Shown piece after piece: positions 58,107 through 64,000 of a stretch of DNA of 64,000 nt. The DNA is taken from NCBI GenBank assembly GCA_902799745.1, contig CADCBQ010000007.1, positions 8,088 through 72,087 on the forward strand, given 5' to 3'. Below the pieces are notes generated by a model, which was given only the letters and a program-made list of their open reading frames with translations, searched no databases and was not told where the DNA came from. The position numbers and the translations under genes are program-made. Each line of letters starts with the position of its first letter. Position 1 is the first letter of the stretch. The stretch is from Fibrobacter succinogenes (GTDB lineage Bacteria; Fibrobacterota; Fibrobacteria; Fibrobacterales; Fibrobacteraceae).

Positions 58107-59018
58107 ATGCTGTTATCTGTCATTATCCCCGTCTTTAACGAAGAAGAAATCGTTGCCGAAACCTACCGCGTTCTCGAAGAAGAACTCAAGGAAGTGGAAC
58201 ACGAGCTCATCTTTGTAAACGATGGTTCCAAGGACCGTACCCGCGAAATCGTAGAATCGCTTTTGCCGGGTAACCCGAACAACAAGATTATCAACTTCAG
58301 CCGCAATTTCGGCCACCAGGCCGCATTCAGCGCAGGCCTCGACCATTCCACGGGCGATGCCGTGGTAATTATCGACGGCGATTTGCAAGACCCGCCGAGC
58401 CTGATTCACGAAATGCTCGAAAAGTGGCGCGAAGGTTACCAAGTCGTTTACGCCCAGCGCAACAAGCGCAAAGGCGAAACCATCTTCAAGCGCTTTACCG
58501 CCTTCTGCTTCTACCGCCTGATCGGCAAGCTCACGAGCATCGACATTCCGCCTGACACCGGCGACTTCCGCCTCATGGACCGTTGCGTGGTGAATCAGCT
58601 CACGAACCTGCCCGAACGTAGCCGTTTCTTGCGCGGGCTCGTTTGCTGGGTCGGATTCAAGAAGATTGGCGTCAAGTACGACCGCGCCGAACGTACCGCA
58701 GGCACTTCCAAGTATCCGCTCAAGAAGATGGTGCGTCTCGCCCTCGACGGCATTACCGGATTCAGTTCCGCACCGCTCAAGATTAGTTTCTACGCTGGAT
58801 TGTTCGCGACCGTCGTCGGTCTCGGCGTGTTGATTTGGTCGATTCTCGAAAAATTCCTCAGCCCCGCGACAACCGTTCCCGGCTGGGCATCACTCATGAC
58901 GGCCATCGTATTCTTCGGCGGCATTCAGCTGATGTCTATTGGCATTATGGGCGAATACATCGGTCGCATTTACGACGAAGTCAAACAGCGTCCGCTCTAC
59001 ATTGAAGATAAGAAGTAG
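58107..59018 (+). CDS. GT2 polyprenyl-phosphate glycosyltransferase (GtrB/ArnC-like)
   Basis: SVIIPVFNEE, NDGSKD, SRNFGHQAA, DGDLQDPP, GDFRL, two TM, GEYIGRIY.EVK.RP.Y. Confidence 0.93.
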   Translation: MLLSVIIPVFNEEEIVAETYRVLEEELKEVEHELIFVNDGSKDRTREIVESLLPGNPNNKIINFSRNFGHQAAFSAGLDHSTGDAVVIIDGDLQDPPSLIHEMLEKWREGYQVVYAQRNKRKGETIFKRFTAFCFYRLIGKLTSIDIPPDTGDFRLMDRCVVNQLTNLPERSRFLRGLVCWVGFKKIGVKYDRAERTAGTSKYPLKKMVRLALDGITGFSSAPLKISFYAGLFATVVGLGVLIWSILEKFLSPATTVPGWASLMTAIVFFGGIQLMSIGIMGEYIGRIYDEVKQRPLYIEDKK

Positions 59019-59027
59019 GAAGTTAAA

Positions 59028-59594
59028 ATGATGCGTAACAAACTTTTTGTGATGAGTGCCGCTAGCGGCGCAGGCAAGACCACCCTCAAGGATCTGGTCA
59101 TCAAGGATTTTCCGGATATCAAGTATTCCATTTCGGCCACCACGCGCAAGCCGCGCGAAGGCGAAGTCGACGGCGTTCATTATTTCTTCAAGACTAAAGA
59201 AGAATTCGAAAAGCTCATCAAGGAAGATGGCTTAATCGAATGGAACGAAGTCCACGGCAATTACTACGGTACGCCCAAGAGCTTTGTCGAGCATACGCTC
59301 GCCGAAGGCAACCGTGTACTGTTCGATCTCGACGTTTTCGGCAAGGTGAACTTCGACAAGGTCTACCCCGACGCAACAGGCATCCTGATTTTGCCGCCGA
59401 GCGAAGAAGAGCTTGAAAAGCGCCTTCGCGGTCGCGGTACCGATTCCGAAGAAGTGATTCAGCTCCGCCTTCACAACGCCAAGAAAGAAATGGAATTTGC
59501 AAAGACCAAGGGCAAGTACGAATACGTCATCATCAACGACGACTTGCAGCGCGCCGCCAACGAACTCCGCGAAATTTTAAAGAAGAAAGACTAA
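59028..59594 (+). CDS. gmk: Guanylate kinase
   Basis: SGAGKTT, SATTRKPR.GE.DG..Y.F, NYYGT, RL.GRGTD. Confidence 0.96.
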   Translation: MMRNKLFVMSAASGAGKTTLKDLVIKDFPDIKYSISATTRKPREGEVDGVHYFFKTKEEFEKLIKEDGLIEWNEVHGNYYGTPKSFVEHTLAEGNRVLFDLDVFGKVNFDKVYPDATGILILPPSEEELEKRLRGRGTDSEEVIQLRLHNAKKEMEFAKTKGKYEYVIINDDLQRAANELREILKKKD

Positions 59595-60550
59595 AGCTTG
59601 ATGCTCGCCCGTTTGAGGCGATCATTCAAGGCCATACCGACTCCGACATTCGGAATCGGGTCTACCAGAATCAAATCATACTTGGGGTCATCCAAGTCGT
59701 GCATGTAGGCGTACAGCTTGGCTGTCGCCTCTAGCATATTACCCGATTCCGACAGATTCAGCGTCGCAGGAATCACGCCGGGGGTATTGCCGAAGGCAAT
59801 CCGCACGCAGCGTTCCGGAAGCGTAAAGCCAACAGGGATTTCGCCATAGAGCAGTGGAACCTGCGGGCGGTAGTGCGTATCGCACTGCCCCGGCGCCGCC
59901 ATCGCTTGCCCAGGCTTAGAAGTAGATTCCTTAATCTTCACATCACCGATGACTTTTGCAATCATCTCGGGCGTAATCGCACCCGGTCGAAGCACCGTCG
60001 GCTCGCCCACTAAAGAGACAATCGTACTTTCTACGCCCACGTTGCAAGGGCCGCCATCGACAATGCCAGCAAGGCCGCGGTCGGCCAGCTGTGCAGCCAC
60101 ATGTTCGGCTGTCGTCGGACTCACATGCTTAAACAAGTTCGCGCTCGGAGCAGCGAGCGGCACGCCCGCCTTCCAAATAATTTCTTGCGCCACCGGGTGC
60201 GACGGGAATCTCACCGCCACAGACGGGAGTCCACTCGTACACAAATCCGGAATGCATTCCTTCTTGGGCAGAATCATGGTCATCGGGCCCGGCCAATAGG
60301 CCTTCGCCAGCGCATACGCCGCATCGGGAATATTTTCGGCAATGTCAGCCAACTGCGAAATCTCGCAAATGTGAACAATCAGCGGGTCAAAAGTCGGACG
60401 CTCCTTAATCGCAAAAATCTGCGCCAGGGCCGACGGTAAATAAGCATTACCCGCAAGACCGTAAACAGTCTCAGTCGGAATCGCAACCACCTGTCCATCG
60501 TGGAGCAGGCGCGCGGCATCGTCAATACTTGTCCAAGGAGGAAATTGCAT
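59591..60550 (-). CDS. tsaC: L-threonylcarbamoyladenylate synthase (Sua5/TsaC)
   Basis: PTETVYGL, K.RP..DPLIVH, WPGP.T, AAPSAN, GVEST, SUA5 domain PG....HY.P. Confidence 0.94.
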   Translation of the reverse strand: MQFPPWTSIDDAARLLHDGQVVAIPTETVYGLAGNAYLPSALAQIFAIKERPTFDPLIVHICEISQLADIAENIPDAAYALAKAYWPGPMTMILPKKECIPDLCTSGLPSVAVRFPSHPVAQEIIWKAGVPLAAPSANLFKHVSPTTAEHVAAQLADRGLAGIVDGGPCNVGVESTIVSLVGEPTVLRPGAITPEMIAKVIGDVKIKESTSKPGQAMAAPGQCDTHYRPQVPLLYGEIPVGFTLPERCVRIAFGNTPGVIPATLNLSESGNMLEATAKLYAYMHDLDDPKYDLILVDPIPNVGVGMALNDRLKRASIKL

Positions 60551-60564
60551 GATAGACCAAAAAT

Positions 60565-60592
60565 AAAAAAAGGATGGCGGAGTCGCCATCCT
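60565..60592 (-). terminator. Terminator of the DUF349 gene fused to the tsaC promoter box
   Basis: Minus strand AGGATGGCG-ACTC-CGCCATCCTTTTTT, then TATTTTTG 7 nt before ATG. Confidence 0.8.
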
Positions 60593-60613
60593 CTAATTTC
60601 ATTTTGGCTTAAG

Positions 60614-63508
60614 CTAAGCTTCTGCCGGAGCAGCTGCTACAGCCGGAGCTTCTTCCTTGTCCTTGCGGCCAAAGGCAAACACCTTGTCGCAAGCGGTATT
60701 GAAGCGCTGCCAGGTCTTTTCGGAATGTTCGCGAGGCACGGCGCCCACTTCCTTCCACAAACGACGCAGGTGCTTCACCTTGTTCATCGAGGCACCGACA
60801 GTCTGTTCGTTCAAGTCAGTCAGCAAGTCTTCGGCCTGTTCGCAGAGCAACAGCTTCTTCTGCAAGTTGTTCTGGCGAGCCTGTTCCTGAATGTCGAGCT
60901 GATCGCGACGGCGAGTAAAGAAGTCATCGCAAGCTTCGCGGAACTTCTTGTACAGGTCAATATCTTCCAAGCCGCAGAATCCAAGTTCACGCCATTCCTT
61001 CTGGAGTTCGCGAACGGCGTCAGCAAGCTGGTTAGAGCCCGCGCTTTCGGCAAACTGGCGGACCTTATCGATCATCGCGTTCTTCTTTTCCTTAATTACG
61101 TCGAGACCCTGAGCCAAGGTCGAATCAGCGTGAGCGAGGCGTTCGAGAATCTTGTTGTAAACCGTATTGTAGCGATTGCTGATGGTTTCAATTGCTTCCT
61201 TCGGAACCATGCCGATTGCCTTCCATTCAGCTTCCATTGCCTTGAGTTCGTCAAGCGTACCCTGGGCAGCGGCTTCCATGGCTTCGAGCTTTTCGCACAG
61301 AGCATTCTTGGCGTCCAGATTCTTCTGCTTCGAGGCGTCCATTTCTTCGAAGTGGGCGCGCTTCTTTTCGAAGAAGCTGTCGCATGCCGTGCGGAAACGA
61401 GTCCAGATTTCGTCGGACTTGCTCTTGGGCACGGGACCCACAGCCTTCCAAGATTCCTGGAGCTGTTTTAATTTATTCGAAGTGGCGTTCCAGTCGTTGG
61501 ATTCCTTGAGGGCTTCGGCTTCCATGCAGAGAGCCACCTTCTTTTCGTAGTTGGCTTCGCGGTTTTCGTCTTCGGCCTTCAAGTTTTCCTTATGCTGTGC
61601 ATAGTAAGCAGTCGTTGCAGCCTTAAAGCGTTCGGTAAGGGCAGCCACATTTTCCTTGGGCACCATACCGATAGCCTTCCACTGTTCCTGGATTTCCTGC
61701 ATCGCCTTGTACTTGTCCTTCCAGAACATTTCCGTGTTCTTGACAAGTTCTTCGATCTTGGCGCAAAGGGCTTCCTTGTCGGCCAAGTTCTTCTGGCGTT
61801 CCGCATTCATCTCTTCGATAAAGCCAGCGCAGTTTTCCTTAATCTTTTCGTAGTTGCTCTGGAAGTGGTCACGATATTCCTGCAGCTTGGCGGCAGAGAT
61901 AGGACCGATTTCTTTCCAGCGGTTCGTAATATCCTTGAGCTTTGCAAGAACGGCCTGGCTGCCCGGTTCCTTGGTCAGTGCATCCATTTCAAGGAGCAAG
62001 TCGTCGCGATCCTTTTCGTTATGCCAGTTTTCCCACTGTTGCATTTCCTGGAAACGAGCGGTTGCAGCCTTGTATTCCTGCCACAAGTCGTGATACTTGA
62101 ACTTGTTTTCGCCCACGATTTCTTTCCACTGCTGGTAGAATTCGCGAACCTTCTTGTTCAAGTCGCGGAAGTCTTCGTTTTCGTCGAGAGCCTTCACCTT
62201 TTCGATAATGGCCTTGAGCTTTGTCGAATTTTCTTCGAAGCGCTTCTGGGCGTCGTCATCGTAAGCGGTAATCTTGCCCGAAAGCGTATTGCGCAATGCA
62301 TTGTAGCTCTGCAGCATCGGGTCTTCGCCTTCCAAAAGCGGAAGCTTTTCCCATTCGCGAACAATGGCATGCAAATGTTTCTTGGTCATGTCGTTCACAT
62401 CGGTATCTGCCAAGGCCTTAAGGCGTTCCAGCAGTTCCGGTCGAACCGATTCGTCGGTACCTTCCGGCACATCGACCACGACTTCCTTAACCTTACGCAA
62501 ATCTTGCACCTTGAAGGTGGCGTTGTTGTAACGCTTGGTCCAAGCGGCATCCATCAGGGACTTGCTTTCGGCACATTCAGCAAGAATGGCATCCACGCGT
62601 TCAGCGTTATCGGCCACCTTGTTTTCAGAAATCAGAGTTTCGAGTTCTTCGAGAGCAGCCGTGAGAGCAGCAATCTTTGCCTGCTTTTCGGCTTCGGCCT
62701 TTTCGGCAGCGATGCGAGCGGCATCGGCTTCGTCGCAGAACTTCTTGAAGCTTGCATAAACTTCGTCAATCGTCGCCTGCTTGTCGCCCATGCCAAGCTT
62801 TGCGGCTTCTTCCATCAAAGATTCAAACTGAGCCTTGACAGAGAGAGGTTCCTTCTGTGCTGCCAAAAAATGAGCTTGCTGTACAAGTGCTTCGCGCTTG
62901 CTTGCCAAGAGTTCGGCCGCCTTTTTACCGTTGTCTTCAGCATCTTTTCTTGCGCGGATTCGTTCACTTGCAGCCTTACGAACTTCGGGCTGTCTGGAGC
63001 TCTTTGCGATATCCTGGAGCAAGGAGTCGGAGGTCACCTTGCGTGCAGCCGTCATCGCGATATCTTCGTCCAAGTCGCGGTTAGCGGCAAGGGCCAAGAT
63101 CGACTGCTTGGTACAAATCTTTACGAGTTCTGCACGAACGAGACCTGCGGTGTTCACACCCTTGAGCAAATCTTCGGCATAGTGCGTATCCTTAACATCC
63201 TGCAGATAAGCGAGATCCTCGGCGCTCGGTTGAGCCTCGTTTTTAAGCTTTTTGACAACTTCTTCCAAATAGCGAGTCTTAGCAGTACGCTTCACTTCTT
63301 CGTCGGAATCGTTTTCCGAAATCTTTTTCAGAGTAGAAATGATAGACAACTTCTTTACGGCAGCAATCCTTACAGAAGCATCGGTATCGGACTCGGCAAT
63401 ACGTTCCAGAACATCCTGGTTGTCCGCACCCAATTCGGCGATTGCTTCCAGTCGCTTTTCGGGGTTGGAATTTTGCCACTTCGGTTTAAAGGCGTCAAAT
63501 AAGCTCAT
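60614..63508 (-). CDS. DUF349 repeat coiled-coil protein with N-terminal HEAT-like repeats
   Basis: KPKWQ.SNPEKR; repeated LQ..WK.IG.VP....W.RF..ACD.FF units. Confidence 0.88.
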   Translation of the reverse strand: MSLFDAFKPKWQNSNPEKRLEAIAELGADNQDVLERIAESDTDASVRIAAVKKLSIISTLKKISENDSDEEVKRTAKTRYLEEVVKKLKNEAQPSAEDLAYLQDVKDTHYAEDLLKGVNTAGLVRAELVKICTKQSILALAANRDLDEDIAMTAARKVTSDSLLQDIAKSSRQPEVRKAASERIRARKDAEDNGKKAAELLASKREALVQQAHFLAAQKEPLSVKAQFESLMEEAAKLGMGDKQATIDEVYASFKKFCDEADAARIAAEKAEAEKQAKIAALTAALEELETLISENKVADNAERVDAILAECAESKSLMDAAWTKRYNNATFKVQDLRKVKEVVVDVPEGTDESVRPELLERLKALADTDVNDMTKKHLHAIVREWEKLPLLEGEDPMLQSYNALRNTLSGKITAYDDDAQKRFEENSTKLKAIIEKVKALDENEDFRDLNKKVREFYQQWKEIVGENKFKYHDLWQEYKAATARFQEMQQWENWHNEKDRDDLLLEMDALTKEPGSQAVLAKLKDITNRWKEIGPISAAKLQEYRDHFQSNYEKIKENCAGFIEEMNAERQKNLADKEALCAKIEELVKNTEMFWKDKYKAMQEIQEQWKAIGMVPKENVAALTERFKAATTAYYAQHKENLKAEDENREANYEKKVALCMEAEALKESNDWNATSNKLKQLQESWKAVGPVPKSKSDEIWTRFRTACDSFFEKKRAHFEEMDASKQKNLDAKNALCEKLEAMEAAAQGTLDELKAMEAEWKAIGMVPKEAIETISNRYNTVYNKILERLAHADSTLAQGLDVIKEKKNAMIDKVRQFAESAGSNQLADAVRELQKEWRELGFCGLEDIDLYKKFREACDDFFTRRRDQLDIQEQARQNNLQKKLLLCEQAEDLLTDLNEQTVGASMNKVKHLRRLWKEVGAVPREHSEKTWQRFNTACDKVFAFGRKDKEEAPAVAAAPAEA

Positions 63509-63635
63509 AGAGATCTCCAATAGTATGGCAACTCCCAAAGGGGAATTACATACTATAATCTAACAAAAAAAGTTTTTTGAAACAAAAAAGATTGTAAAAT
63601 AGGCGCTTTTTGCGGTATTAACTATCTTTTAGCCC

Positions 63636-64000
63636 GTGACAAAACGAATCCCAAAACTTAGCGCCCCCGAAGAGGTACATCAGAAGCTCAAGTCCGAATT
63701 GTTAACGGATTTTTGCGAAGTATACATTCCCATGGCCCCCGATGTTTACACCTACGGAGTGCCGGCAGGGGTCTCCCTTGTGCGCGGAGACGTTGTATGG
63801 GTTCAGTTTGCCACCCGTAAAAAGCCGGCCCTCGCCGTGGTTTCCAAAGTCCACCAGGAGCGCCCCAAGTTTGACGTGCGCCCCGCTTACCCGCACCAGT
63901 CCGGCTACCGCTTTAGCGAACGCTATATGGAAATGCTCGAATGGACGGCACGCTATTATATAAGCACGCCCATGAAGGCGCTGTTCGTGTTCTGGCCTAG
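63636..64000 (+). CDS. priA: Primosomal protein PriA, N-terminal part (runs off the window)
   Basis: Own translation from GTG 63636: ...VYTYGVP...RGDVVWVQF..RK...V...MLEWTARYY.S, matching the PriA 3'-DNA-binding domain pattern; frame is open to the end. Confidence 0.75.
   Translation, partial: MTKRIPKLSAPEEVHQKLKSELLTDFCEVYIPMAPDVYTYGVPAGVSLVRGDVVWVQFATRKKPALAVVSKVHQERPKFDVRPAYPHQSGYRFSERYMEMLEWTARYYISTPMKALFVFWP

Noticed and set aside
41684-59594. Short 3' overlaps of convergent genes (HAD/TraB 13 nt, gmk/tsaC 4 nt)
   Set aside because: Ordinary in compact bacterial genomes.
6304-63502. Very long antisense ORFs (6304-8175, 8184-9590, 13367-14779, 16824-18566, 44770-46452, 47746-48978, 52452-54227, 61592-63502)
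   Set aside because: They mirror well-identified genes; strong codon bias removes stops on the opposite strand, and the translations have no motifs.
1-64000. CRISPR array, transposase or defence island
   Set aside because: No regularly spaced repeat-spacer series and no cas, integrase or transposase motifs were seen; MazG and NERD genes sit in housekeeping context.

Overview
A gene-dense, mostly housekeeping chromosomal segment, very probably from a Fibrobacter species. The evidence is a Fibrobacter major paralogous (FISUMP) domain protein, poly-Ser linker secreted proteins and Bacteroidetes-like TAnnTTTG promoter boxes. It holds about 55 CDS, including miaB, panD, rsfS, argS, purU, pyrE, two DEAD-box helicases, map, fusA, mazG, dprA, an RND pump, rpmB, ispH, waaA-like, msbA-like, rrf2-cysK, cmk-rpsA, coaBC, a Vat/CatB-like acetyltransferase, nrdR, tkt, gmk, sua5/tsaC and the start of priA. 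There are four tRNAs (Leu-CAA, Glu-TTC x2, Ser-CGA). I saw no integrase, transposase, prophage or CRISPR array. Main points for follow-up: (1) EF-G lacks about 10 aa of switch I/G2 (no RGITI motif) through a clean in-frame gap; (2) a REP-type element sits in frame twice inside the DeaD helicase (ECHPERSDSEVEGS), with a third inverted intergenic copy; (3) the deaD 5' leader has two mutually exclusive pairings, one of which hides the SD; (4) an unannotated ~130-nt structured RNA candidate with its own promoter and terminator lies between fusA and mazG; (5) mazG and dprA are divergent and share one CATG for their start codons; (6) many genes have a leaderless-type architecture; (7) there is a TAC-triloop repeat family with covarying stems. 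All calls come from reading the sequence by eye; no searches were run.
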